From Lysobacteraceae bacterium (GTDB lineage Bacteria > Pseudomonadota > Gammaproteobacteria > Xanthomonadales > Xanthomonadaceae), in NCBI GenBank assembly GCA_040079515.1, contig JBEBKD010000003.1, positions 68,165 through 132,164 on the forward strand: a stretch of 64,000 nucleotides of DNA, given 5' to 3'. Of the stretch, positions 18,767 through 27,993 are shown piece after piece. The translations under genes and the position numbers were made by a program. The first letter of the stretch is position 1, and the number at the start of each line of letters is the position of its first letter. Below the pieces are notes generated by a model. It saw only the letters and a list, made by a program, of their open reading frames with translations, was not told the origin of the DNA and did no database searches.

Positions 18767-20305
18767 ATGCAACGATGGTTGTCGCCCGCGATCCTGTTCG
18801 CGATGCCGCTGATGTTCTCCGTACCCGTGCATGCCGAACCCCTGGCCTGCGGCGTCTACGTCGATGCCGACTCCGGCGCACGACTTGAAGTGCTCGACAT
18901 CGAGCGCGCGCGCATCGTGCGCGAAGGCATGGCGCCGTCCGCGCAGATCCATCGTCGCAACGGCAGTACGCTGCGGCTGTACGACATCGACGAGGCCTAC
19001 ATCGACGATTACACGGTCAGCGCCGACGGCCGCACCATCACCGGCAACGACGCGGCATTCCGCAAGACTTTCGTGCTGGAAGGCATCGCCGCGTGCGCCA
19101 CCGCGCGCCCCGCCGCGCCCGGCACCTGCGCTGCGGACATCGACGCCTGTGTCGCCAGCGTGGACCTCGCGACCGACTCGATGCTGCAGCGCTATTGCGA
19201 TGAAGGCATGCCGTTCGCGTGCGTAAAGGCGATCGACCGCGAGCGACAACGCGCGGAGCATCCCGAAGCCTATGCGGGCGAAGACGCCGAATCGCCGCCG
19301 GAATGCCGCGAAGGCATGCCCGCGTTCTCGGCGGAGGCCTGCGATACGGCGATCGCGAAACTGTTGGGCAGCGCATTGGCCGAAGTCGCGACCTCGCTGT
19401 ACGCCGATGATGTCCCGCTGCCGCAGGCACGACTCGACGCCCTGCCGGCACTGTGCGCGCGTCAAGGCTCGGCGAAAATCTGCGCCAATGTCGCGGAAGA
19501 ACTGTGGATCGGCGGACGTTACGTCGAAAGCCGCGAGGCGCTGCGCATCGGCTGTGATCGCGGCGGCGATCCTGAAGCGTGCAAACAACTGGCGCCGCTG
19601 GCGAACTTGCGCGATGCGCAGTTGCAGGCCGTGCCGTCGACAGCATTGCCCTGCGGTCGCTACGTCGCCGACACCGGATTGATGAGCGAACTGGATTTCG
19701 GCGATCGCGGCATCGTCACCGGTTTCGGCGGCGATCTTCGCGCGCGCCTCGAAGCCGGCCTCGTGCGCATCCGTCACGACAAGGGCGGCGACTTCGTGCT
19801 GCAGCGCATCGGCGACGATCGTCTGCTCGGCATCGACGACTGGAACCGGTACGCGGTCTATCGCCGCGACGGCGGCGCCAGCGCATGCGCGGCACCGGTG
19901 GTGTTCGTGGAAAAACCACTGGTCGAAGACTGCCCGCAGCCCGGCAAGGAAACCGCAGTCGCCTGCTGCGAACGCGGCAGCTTGCACGGCTGCAACATCG
20001 CCGGGCATCAACGCGCATTGAGCGGCGCATGGGCCGAAGCCAAACCCTACTACCTCAAGGTCTGCGCAGCCGGGGTGCGGATCGGCTGCGAAAACCTGGC
20101 TCAGGTCTTCGCGCGCGGCGACGACGAGACCGTGCCCGAGGATCTCGACCGGCTCTGCGCGAAGGATCCACGCCACGTCGCCTGCGATGTCCGCGACACC
20201 ACGAATTGGGCGATGCTGGCGTTGTCGCAGGCGACCGACGAATTCATGCGCGAAGTCGAACAGGACCTCGACAAGGACACGGCAAAAGACGCACCGCAGA
20301 AATAG
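18767..20305 (+). CDS. Secreted cysteine-rich protein with Sel1/Hcp-like helical repeats (~512 aa)
   Basis: GGAG RBS; signal MQRWLSPAILFAMPLMFSVPVHA; repeated C...G...AC pairs (e.g. YLKVCAAGVRIGCENL); internally duplicated CG[VR]YV beta-unit. Confidence 0.7.
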   Translation: MQRWLSPAILFAMPLMFSVPVHAEPLACGVYVDADSGARLEVLDIERARIVREGMAPSAQIHRRNGSTLRLYDIDEAYIDDYTVSADGRTITGNDAAFRKTFVLEGIAACATARPAAPGTCAADIDACVASVDLATDSMLQRYCDEGMPFACVKAIDRERQRAEHPEAYAGEDAESPPECREGMPAFSAEACDTAIAKLLGSALAEVATSLYADDVPLPQARLDALPALCARQGSAKICANVAEELWIGGRYVESREALRIGCDRGGDPEACKQLAPLANLRDAQLQAVPSTALPCGRYVADTGLMSELDFGDRGIVTGFGGDLRARLEAGLVRIRHDKGGDFVLQRIGDDRLLGIDDWNRYAVYRRDGGASACAAPVVFVEKPLVEDCPQPGKETAVACCERGSLHGCNIAGHQRALSGAWAEAKPYYLKVCAAGVRIGCENLAQVFARGDDETVPEDLDRLCAKDPRHVACDVRDTTNWAMLALSQATDEFMREVEQDLDKDTAKDAPQK

Positions 20306-20314
20306 ACGCGGCGA

Positions 20315-22123
20315 TCAGCGCGCGAGCAGGAACCGCAGCGGAATCTCGACCCGCGCACGCCACGCCGCTTCGCTGTGCTCGGCGCCTTCGAAACGGCGGG
20401 TCATCGCGTTCCTGCCTTCGATGTAACCGCCTTCGCGCAACGCCTCGTCCATCCGCGCCTGGAACGGCGGATACAGCGCATCGAGGGTCGCGGTGCCATG
20501 GTCGAAATACAGCCGGTGCGTGCGCGGATCGGGCAGATGCGCGCCGAGCCAGTCGATCACGCAGCCATCGCAGGCCGGCCAGTGCGTGGACACCGCGCCG
20601 ATGCCGCCGAACACTTCGGGATACTGCGCGACGGCATACGCCGAAATCAGTCCACCCATGCTCGAACCCATCACGAAGGTGTCGTCGCGACCGGGCAACG
20701 TGCGGTACTGCGCATCGATGAACGGCTTGAGTTCGTCGACCAGGAAACGCAGGTAGCTGTCGGAACGGATGTCCTCGGCGCGACCGATGGCGCGCCCTTC
20801 GATTCCGCTGCCCACCATCTCGGTGTGCACCGGTGCCTTCGGCATGTATTCGGCGAACCGCAGCGGTGTATTCCACACGCCGACCACGATGGCCTCGCGG
20901 ATGTCGCCGGCGTCGATCAGTCGTGTCATCGCGCCGTCGATATCCCAGTCGACCCCGGTGTAGCCCAACGCCGGATCGAACAGATTCTGGCCATCGTGCA
21001 TGTACAGCACCGGGTAGCGCCGCTGCGGATCGCGGCCATAGCCCGGCGGCAACCACACGTCGACATCGCGCGCATCGACGTGCCGCGACGGCATGCGCTG
21101 CCAGCTGTCGATGCGTCCGGTCGCGTTCAACGGCGGCGCATGCACGGCATACGCCCAACGCAGGAACGCCGGCAGCATCTGCGCCCACGATGCCTGTTCG
21201 TGCTTGCCGCCAGCAAGCACGAACAGCGCCGCGTCTGCGCGCGTCGCTTTCGCGGCATGATCAAGATTCATCGAATGACCGAGCTGATGCAGGCCTTTCA
21301 CGCGCGGTTCGGTTTCGCCAGCGACCCGCCAGCCGTCGATCAGATCGCGGGTATCGTCGAGCACATCGATGACGCCATCTGCGTCGCGGTCGTCGGTTTC
21401 TTCGGCATCGCCGGCCGCGAAGAAGAATCGGCTGCCGGCGTGATAAGCACCGGCCGCGATCATCTGCTGCGCGAACCGGCTGGCTTGAATGCCCGCGATC
21501 TCGTCGGGCTTCGGCGACAGCCACAGCGATGGCGAGAATGCGCCGACGCTGGCGAAGACCTCCGGATACTGCCAGCCGAGATTCAGCGCGTTCGCAGCGC
21601 CCAAGGACCAACCGAGGATCGCGCGCGCTTCCGGTCGCGCACGGGTGCGGTAGCGCGCATCGATGATCGGCACCAGCTGCGTCGCGACCCATTCGGAATA
21701 CGCGTGCGCCTGCGTGCCGATGGCGCCGACGCGCAGCGGCGCGACGAGGCTGCGCTGCGCTGCACGTTCGGAGAACCCATAGGCACCCATGCGGTCTTTT
21801 GGCATATCGATCGCGACCGCGAGCAGCGGGCGGATTTCGCCGCGATCGATCAGATCGTTCAACGTCGCCTGCAGCTTCACGGCTTCGGCGTCCTGGCCGT
21901 CGTTGAGATACAGCACCGGATAACCGATCTCGGACTTCGGCTCGTAACCATTCGGCACGAACACGCGCACGCGCAGACCGTCGGGCGCCAGATCGGGCAC
22001 TGGAATCGTCAATGTGTCGATGCGAGCGCGGTCGTGACGTATCGTTGGCTCATGTGCGCGCAACGCGGGCGATGCGAACAACAGGCAGACCGTGGCACAT
22101 GCAGGCAACAGGATACGGATCAT
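20315..22123 (-). CDS. Secreted tandem alpha/beta-hydrolase (two esterase domains, ~602 aa)
   Basis: Signal MIRILLPACATVCLLFASPALRA; two YPVLYxxDGQ motifs; two nucleophile elbows (GWSLG, GSSMG); two C-terminal His motifs (GGKHEQASW, GAEHSEAAW). Confidence 0.85.
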   Translation of the reverse strand: MIRILLPACATVCLLFASPALRAHEPTIRHDRARIDTLTIPVPDLAPDGLRVRVFVPNGYEPKSEIGYPVLYLNDGQDAEAVKLQATLNDLIDRGEIRPLLAVAIDMPKDRMGAYGFSERAAQRSLVAPLRVGAIGTQAHAYSEWVATQLVPIIDARYRTRARPEARAILGWSLGAANALNLGWQYPEVFASVGAFSPSLWLSPKPDEIAGIQASRFAQQMIAAGAYHAGSRFFFAAGDAEETDDRDADGVIDVLDDTRDLIDGWRVAGETEPRVKGLHQLGHSMNLDHAAKATRADAALFVLAGGKHEQASWAQMLPAFLRWAYAVHAPPLNATGRIDSWQRMPSRHVDARDVDVWLPPGYGRDPQRRYPVLYMHDGQNLFDPALGYTGVDWDIDGAMTRLIDAGDIREAIVVGVWNTPLRFAEYMPKAPVHTEMVGSGIEGRAIGRAEDIRSDSYLRFLVDELKPFIDAQYRTLPGRDDTFVMGSSMGGLISAYAVAQYPEVFGGIGAVSTHWPACDGCVIDWLGAHLPDPRTHRLYFDHGTATLDALYPPFQARMDEALREGGYIEGRNAMTRRFEGAEHSEAAWRARVEIPLRFLLAR

Positions 22124-22148
22124 CGGCGACACCCTCGAAAGAAACCGC

Positions 22149-22868
22149 TCATGCAGGCGAAAGACTGCGTTTGCAGGTGAAAAAACCGTTGAGACTGAGC
22201 CGACCTGCGCGGGGATCGCGCGACAACAGCTCGGGATGCGCAATCTCGCCGCTGTGGAATACGGTGCCTTCGTAGAAAATGATCCGGTTGTAGCGCGCGG
22301 GCACCGATGCGAGTTTCTGGAACCATGCATTCGATTCGGTCATGTATCCGGTATCGATGCCGTAACGCGCTCTGAACGTCGCGGCGTCGATGTTCGCAGC
22401 ATCGGCGATCATCGGCATGATCGTCTCCGGCGGCTGCTTCGGACCGTAAAAGCCGGTGCCACCCAAACGTTCGTCGCGGAACAGATACAGCACTGATGCG
22501 ACGATCCGCTGACGCGCTTCCACCGCGAAACGATCGATGTGACAGATCGATTGGATCGGCGCGAGTTGCTCCGACGGCGTCGCGGTGATCGCGAGCCGGC
22601 TGTACATCCGCTCGGTGCGCCGCACGTCGAACGCGCGACGCATATGCGCCGTGAAGAACGCATCGAGCTGCGCCGAAAAGGCATCCGGCATCCGCAGTTC
22701 GGGGCCGGGATAGGCGTTGTGCTCGGTCTCGATGAAGTCGCCGGCATGCGCTGCCGCGTACTCGACCAGTGCATCCGGATCGAGCAGCGCATCGTCGATG
22801 ACATGGCAGACATGGCGCCCGTGGATCGGCACCGTCTGGATGCGGGGCGTGGGATTGAACAGACTCAT
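22149..22868 (-). CDS. DUF6445-like protein (2OG-Fe(II) oxygenase-like, 239 aa)
   Basis: VIDDALLDPDAL...YPG, CHID, GGTGFY, YNRIIFYEGTVFHSG and RLSLNGF pattern of the family that commonly accompanies tryptophan-halogenase genes. Confidence 0.7.
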   Translation of the reverse strand: MSLFNPTPRIQTVPIHGRHVCHVIDDALLDPDALVEYAAAHAGDFIETEHNAYPGPELRMPDAFSAQLDAFFTAHMRRAFDVRRTERMYSRLAITATPSEQLAPIQSICHIDRFAVEARQRIVASVLYLFRDERLGGTGFYGPKQPPETIMPMIADAANIDAATFRARYGIDTGYMTESNAWFQKLASVPARYNRIIFYEGTVFHSGEIAHPELLSRDPRAGRLSLNGFFTCKRSLSPA

Positions 22869-22878
22869 CGGAGAGCCA

Positions 22879-24936
22879 TCAACGCTTCGGCACGAACCGG
22901 ATCGCCGCACCGCCGCCGGCACCGAGAGGCAGCGTCAGCACATCGGCGCGGGTCACCTCGCGGCTTTCGCGCACGAACGCGAACGGCTTGTCCTTGTAAT
23001 GCGCGCCGTCGCCGTCGCGATAGATCTCGGCGACATACCTGCGCTTCGGAGTCAGGAACGACAGCGACACCTCCAACGTGCGCGCGTTCTCGTCGGTCAC
23101 GCTGCCCAGATACCACGCCTCGCTGTTGCGGTCCTTGCGCACGATCGTGGCGAAATCGCCGACCTCGCCGTTGAGCACATGCGTCTCCGACCAGTCGACG
23201 GGCACATCGCGGATGAACTGGAACGCATCCATATGTTTGGCGTAGTTCTCCGGCAGATCGGCGGCCATCTGGATCGGGCTGTAGAGCACGACATACAGCG
23301 CGAGCTGCCGCGCCAGCGTGCTCTGCAGCTTCTGGCCGCGCCCCTGCAGACTGAGCACGCCGGGCGTGAAGTCCATCGGGCCGGCGAGCATCCGGGTGAA
23401 GATCAGATTCGGCTCGTGTTCGGGCGGATTCTGTGGATTGCCCCAGGCGTTGAATTCCTGTCCGCGCGCGCCTTCGCGCGAGATCCAGTTCGGATAGGTG
23501 CGACGCAGGCCGGTGTCCTTGATCGGCTCGTGCGCGTTGATCGCGACGTGATGTTTCGCCGCCGCCTGCACCACGCGCAGGTGGTGGTTGCTCATGAACT
23601 GGCTCTCGTGCCACTCGCGCAGCACCGGGTCGCCCGGCTGATCCTGTCGTTCGATCTGTCCGGCGTCGCAGACATAGCCGGTCTTCACGGCATCGATGCC
23701 CAAGCGCTGGAACAGCGCGAATGATGCATCCATCTGCCGCTCGTAATGACTGACCGCGCACCCGGTTTCGTGATGGCCGATCAGGTGCACGCCCTTGGAT
23801 TTCGCATACGCGGCCAAGCCTTGCAGATCGTAGTCCGGCGTAGGTTTGCTGAAGTCGAAATCCCAGCCGTTGGCGAACCAGTCGCCGTCCCAACCGATGT
23901 TCCAGCCTTCCACCAGCACGCCGCGAAACCCGTATTTCGCAGCGAAATCGATATAGCGCTTCGTGTTCTCGGTGGTCGCGCCGTGCTTCGGCCCGGTCGC
24001 CCAGCTTTGTTGATCGAGATGCATCGCCCACCACACGCCGACATACTTCGACGGCTTGAACCAGCTGACGTCACCGAGCGCGTTCGGCTCGTTGAGATTG
24101 AGGATCAGATTGGACTCGACCAGACCACCCGCGTGATCGGCGATCTGGATCGTGCGCCACGGCGTGGTGAACGGCGTGCGCCGCACCACCTTGGCGGGGC
24201 TGCCCGGGGTCAGTGAGGCACGCAGCGCGCCACCATCGGCCTTCGCGAGATTCATGCCGGCGTAGTCCACCAGCGCCGCCTCGTGCAGCGTGAGATGGAT
24301 GCCGTCGTCGGTGCGCAGCGTGATCGGCGTCTGCGCCATGCCCACCTCGGCCAGTGGCGTGCGGCTGTACAGATATTCCTCGCGATTCCATTCGTAGGCC
24401 GGAATCCACCACGCGGTCGCCGGTTTCGCGATCGCGAATTCGGTCAGTTCTTCGGCGATCTGCACCTCGTCCATCGCCGGCTGCTTCGGAAACGCGTAGC
24501 GGAAGCCCACGCCGTCGTCGAAGACGCGAAACACCACATCGAAGCGGCGATGGTCGCGATCGCTCTCGATGAAACGTGCGTGCAGTTCATTGTAATGGTT
24601 GCGCACGTAGCGGCGTTCGCCCCAGGGCTGTTCCCAGGTCTCGTCGAAACTGCTCGCGGATTGCGAATCGAGCTTGATTCCGCGCAGCAGCTGGCGTCCG
24701 TTGCGCAGGATGAAACCGAGCCGGGAATCGCCGACCAGCGGCTGGCCGTTGCGCAGCACGCGATAGGCCAGCCGGCCTTCGTTGCTGAGATCGAGTTCCA
24801 CCTTCAGTTTGCCGTCGGGCGACGACGCTTCGGCGACGGTGGCGGCAGATGCTGGACCGGCGATCCACGCTGCTGCGAACAAGACGCACGCCGCACCGAT
24901 GCGGTGGACGATGGAATCAGAGTGGGAAATACGCAT
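22879..24936 (-). CDS. Glycoside hydrolase family 97 alpha-glucosidase (SusB-like)
   Basis: Signal peptide; KYVGVWW, YIDFAA, VLVEGWNIGW, GHHETG, HEPIK, TYPNWISREGARGQE and RMLAGPMDFTPG GH97 motifs. Confidence 0.95.
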   Translation of the reverse strand: MRISHSDSIVHRIGAACVLFAAAWIAGPASAATVAEASSPDGKLKVELDLSNEGRLAYRVLRNGQPLVGDSRLGFILRNGRQLLRGIKLDSQSASSFDETWEQPWGERRYVRNHYNELHARFIESDRDHRRFDVVFRVFDDGVGFRYAFPKQPAMDEVQIAEELTEFAIAKPATAWWIPAYEWNREEYLYSRTPLAEVGMAQTPITLRTDDGIHLTLHEAALVDYAGMNLAKADGGALRASLTPGSPAKVVRRTPFTTPWRTIQIADHAGGLVESNLILNLNEPNALGDVSWFKPSKYVGVWWAMHLDQQSWATGPKHGATTENTKRYIDFAAKYGFRGVLVEGWNIGWDGDWFANGWDFDFSKPTPDYDLQGLAAYAKSKGVHLIGHHETGCAVSHYERQMDASFALFQRLGIDAVKTGYVCDAGQIERQDQPGDPVLREWHESQFMSNHHLRVVQAAAKHHVAINAHEPIKDTGLRRTYPNWISREGARGQEFNAWGNPQNPPEHEPNLIFTRMLAGPMDFTPGVLSLQGRGQKLQSTLARQLALYVVLYSPIQMAADLPENYAKHMDAFQFIRDVPVDWSETHVLNGEVGDFATIVRKDRNSEAWYLGSVTDENARTLEVSLSFLTPKRRYVAEIYRDGDGAHYKDKPFAFVRESREVTRADVLTLPLGAGGGAAIRFVPKR

Positions 24937-24979
24937 GATCGATCCTCGTTGAAGGAGATTGAAGCAGAAGCATCAGATC

Positions 24980-25130
24980 AGTAGGGTGGAGTAAGCGCAG
25001 CGCAACTCCACCATCACAAGATGAAACACGCAGCGCAAGACAAACGGAATCGACGTTCATGCAACTGGAAATGGCGCTTTCCATTGGCTCGATGGATGGT
25101 GGAGTTGCGCTGCGCTTACTCCACCCTACT
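24980..25130. repeat. GTAG-type REP doublet (REPIN-like), 36-bp perfect inverted repeat
   Basis: 24980-25015 AGTAGGGTGGAGTAAGCGCAGCGCAACTCCACCATC is the exact reverse complement of 25095-25130; each arm has an internal hairpin after the GTAG tetranucleotide. Confidence 0.85.
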
Positions 25131-25157
25131 TGCCGCACCCTTGTTCGGAACGAGAGA

Positions 25158-27884
25158 TCATTCGGCCACATACACCACCGCCGTGCGCGCGGGAATCAAG
25201 AATGCACCGGATCGCGCGTCGTAGCGCGCTTGCTCCAGTGGCCGCGTATCAGTGACGTCTCGCGCACGTTGCAGGGGATGCAGCACGTATGGCTTGCCCG
25301 ATTCTTCCGAAAACGTCAGCGTCTGCGCCTCGGGCGAGACGTTGATGAAATACAGGATTTCGCGGAACCCGGCGCCGTCGTAGCCAGCACCATCGAGATG
25401 CGCTGCAATCACCAGTGGGTTCTGCTTTGGTCCGACATTGCGGAACGACAACCGCGCTTCCACATCCTTTGCCGAGCGCATGCGGAACAGCGTGGAACTG
25501 CTGCGGATCTTCAGCAGATCGTTGAAGGCGTCGCGCATCCAGACGATGTCCTCCGGTGTCGGCTTGATCGATCGATCCGCCAGCACCGGCCGCAGCAGCG
25601 CCCAGTCCTTGCCGTTGTCGCTCGACGGCGGCAATCCGGCGCCGAAGCCGTTGTCGGTGTACGTCCAGTCGAGGCGATTGAACCAGTCGCCGGAGTCGAA
25701 ACTGTTGCGGTCCAGCGATTTCGAGCGCAGCACGTCCATGCCGGCGTGGAAATACGCGATGCCTTGGCTGAAAGCGACGAAGGACGCGCCCAGCAACTGC
25801 ACGCGCGCACGATCTTCGCGCGCGGTATCGCGCGGAAGTTTCAGCGCGAGGATGTCGAACAGCGTCGGGTTGTCGTGGTTCTCGACGTAATTCACGACCT
25901 CTCTCGGCTGCGCGGCGTAGCCGGCGGGTTGTCCGGCGTAGTCGATGTCGGCGAGGCGTTTGTCCTCGCCAGCGACTGTGGTCATGCGCACATCGCGCAG
26001 CGTGCCGGCCAGTCCGATCCGCGCCATATCCGCCGCTCGCAGCAGCGCATCGCGTTGGTCCTTGCCTGCGTTGAGGGCGTTCGGCGCGTAGTGCAGTCCG
26101 CTCAACAATCCCTGTCCTGCGATCAGTGCCTCGCCGCTGTCGCAGCAACCGCCGCCGCGCAGCGCATCGCGGGCACGGTCGCTGAAGGTCGCGATGCCGC
26201 TGTCGTTGAGCGACAGCTGCGAGGCCTGCACGAAGCGCGCGCCGTCGGCGATCTCGCCGAAGTTCCAGCCCTCGCCGATCAGATCGATGTGACGGCCAGC
26301 GGCGGTATCGACGGCCTGCTGCAACCGCTCCATCGCCGCGCGCGGCTGGTGACCCATCAGATCGAAGCGGAAAGAATCGATGTGGTAGTGCTTCGCCCAC
26401 AGCGCTGCGGATTCGATCATCAGCTTCGCCATCATCCGGTGTTCGGTGGCGGTGTTGTCGCAGCAGGTCGAGCGTTCGACTTTTCCGTTCGCATCGAGGC
26501 GATGGTAGTAACCGGGCACGATGCGATCGAGCACCGAGGTCGGCGCCTGTCCCGATACGGTGGTGTGGTTGTAGACCATGTCCATGCCCACGCGCAGCCC
26601 GGCCGCGTGCAGCGCCTGCACCATCGCCCGGAATTCGCGCACGCGCCCGGCGCCGTCGTCGGGATCGGTGGCGTAGCTGCCTTCGGGCGCGTTGAAGTGG
26701 TACGGGTCGTAGCCCCAGTTGAAGCAGTCCTTCGCCGCGACCGCGCTGGACGCCGCCTGCTGCGCGTCGCTGTCCGGCGCGGCGGCCGGGATTTCCGGGG
26801 TGATGCAGCCGCGTTCGGGCACCGTCGCAAGATCGAACACCGGCAGCAGATGCACATCGGTGATGCCGGCCCGACCGAGCGCATGCAGATGGCGCATGCC
26901 GGCCGCGTCGGATTCTGTAAACGCCAGATATTTTCCGCGCCATGCGGGGCGCACGGTCTTGTCGCCGATCGAGAAATCGCGCACGTGCAGTTCGTAGATC
27001 GTCATGTCGGTGGGCGACGCCAGCGGCGCAGGGCGCGTCGCGCCGGCCCAACCCGCAGGCTGCGTGGTGGGATGTTCGAGATCGAGCACCACGCTGCGCT
27101 TGGAGTCCGCCGTCAATCCGACCGAATACGGATCGGTGACGCGATTGCGGACGATGCCGACGCCGGGCACGAACACGTCGACGAGGAAGGCATAGCGCTG
27201 CCCGTGCAGCGTGCCGGGCAGATCCAGCGTCCACATGCCGGTGGTATCGTCCGCGCGTGCCGGCAGGGCGCGTGTATGGTTCGAATACAGACAAACTGCG
27301 ACCGCACGCGCGGTCGGCGCCCACAGCGCGAAGCGGGTGGCGAAGTCTTCGGAGATCGCCGGTTGCCCGTGACGATGCACACCGAGCGTGGCGGTCTCCG
27401 CTGCCGCGTACAGATCGTCCAGCGCGCCCGGCGTCTGCAACGCGGTCGCCTCCAGCACGCGGCCCTGTGCGTCTTCGCGCACCAGCAGCACTTGTTCCCG
27501 CAGCAGCGCAGCAATGTCGGCAACGCTGGTCGGCGTGAATCGCGGGCCCGCGCCGATGAAACGGGCGCGTGCGGCTTGCACTGGGCCCAGCTTCACCTTC
27601 ACCGGGACCAGCTCGATCCCGCCATCCGCGCCGGCGACTACGCGCCCCGGCTGCGCACGCAAGACCGCCGTTGCCGAGTGGTACAGCCGAAAGCGGCCTT
27701 CGACCGGCACGCCCGGCCATTGGATCAGATGGCGATCCAGCCAATACGCGCGGGCGTCACGGGCGGACTCGGCGGCCGGATGCAGCACGGTAGCCACGTC
27801 GGCGGCGTCGCAGGCGGCGCGCAGCGCATCCCGGGGCGGGGCGGCCGTCGCCGCGAGCGGCAGCCATGCAGCGAGCAGCGGCAT
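25158..27884 (-). CDS. pulA: Pullulanase-type alpha-1,6-glucosidase (GH13)
   Basis: YELHVRDFS, NWGYDP, DMVYNH, FRFDLMGH, GEGW, YVENHDN and SLDRNSF motifs. Start is uncertain (27884 or 27974); 27884 preferred because it leaves room for divergent promoters. Confidence 0.92.
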   Translation of the reverse strand: MPLLAAWLPLAATAAPPRDALRAACDAADVATVLHPAAESARDARAYWLDRHLIQWPGVPVEGRFRLYHSATAVLRAQPGRVVAGADGGIELVPVKVKLGPVQAARARFIGAGPRFTPTSVADIAALLREQVLLVREDAQGRVLEATALQTPGALDDLYAAAETATLGVHRHGQPAISEDFATRFALWAPTARAVAVCLYSNHTRALPARADDTTGMWTLDLPGTLHGQRYAFLVDVFVPGVGIVRNRVTDPYSVGLTADSKRSVVLDLEHPTTQPAGWAGATRPAPLASPTDMTIYELHVRDFSIGDKTVRPAWRGKYLAFTESDAAGMRHLHALGRAGITDVHLLPVFDLATVPERGCITPEIPAAAPDSDAQQAASSAVAAKDCFNWGYDPYHFNAPEGSYATDPDDGAGRVREFRAMVQALHAAGLRVGMDMVYNHTTVSGQAPTSVLDRIVPGYYHRLDANGKVERSTCCDNTATEHRMMAKLMIESAALWAKHYHIDSFRFDLMGHQPRAAMERLQQAVDTAAGRHIDLIGEGWNFGEIADGARFVQASQLSLNDSGIATFSDRARDALRGGGCCDSGEALIAGQGLLSGLHYAPNALNAGKDQRDALLRAADMARIGLAGTLRDVRMTTVAGEDKRLADIDYAGQPAGYAAQPREVVNYVENHDNPTLFDILALKLPRDTAREDRARVQLLGASFVAFSQGIAYFHAGMDVLRSKSLDRNSFDSGDWFNRLDWTYTDNGFGAGLPPSSDNGKDWALLRPVLADRSIKPTPEDIVWMRDAFNDLLKIRSSSTLFRMRSAKDVEARLSFRNVGPKQNPLVIAAHLDGAGYDGAGFREILYFINVSPEAQTLTFSEESGKPYVLHPLQRARDVTDTRPLEQARYDARSGAFLIPARTAVVYVAE

Positions 27885-27897
27885 GAATACGTATGCA
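27881..27897. promoter_or_regulatory. LacI-type operator (GCATGAATACGTATGCA)
   Basis: Near-palindrome with central CG; 17/17 identical to the reverse complement of 36948-36964; lies between the divergent pulA and halogenase genes. Confidence 0.75.
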
Positions 27898-27993
27898 AGT
27901 CGGCATCGCGCGGGGCGGTCTCGCCGCACTGCAGGATGACCGGCGGCGGCGGCCGTCGCATACTTGTCGCGCATATCAATGAGACTTCGCTGC

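Noticed and set aside
25044-25063. Operator-like ACGTTCATGCAA upstream of GH97, and half-site GTATTCA at 33963-33969
   Set aside because: They need a gap or five mismatches to fit the 14-bp consensus; too weak to call.
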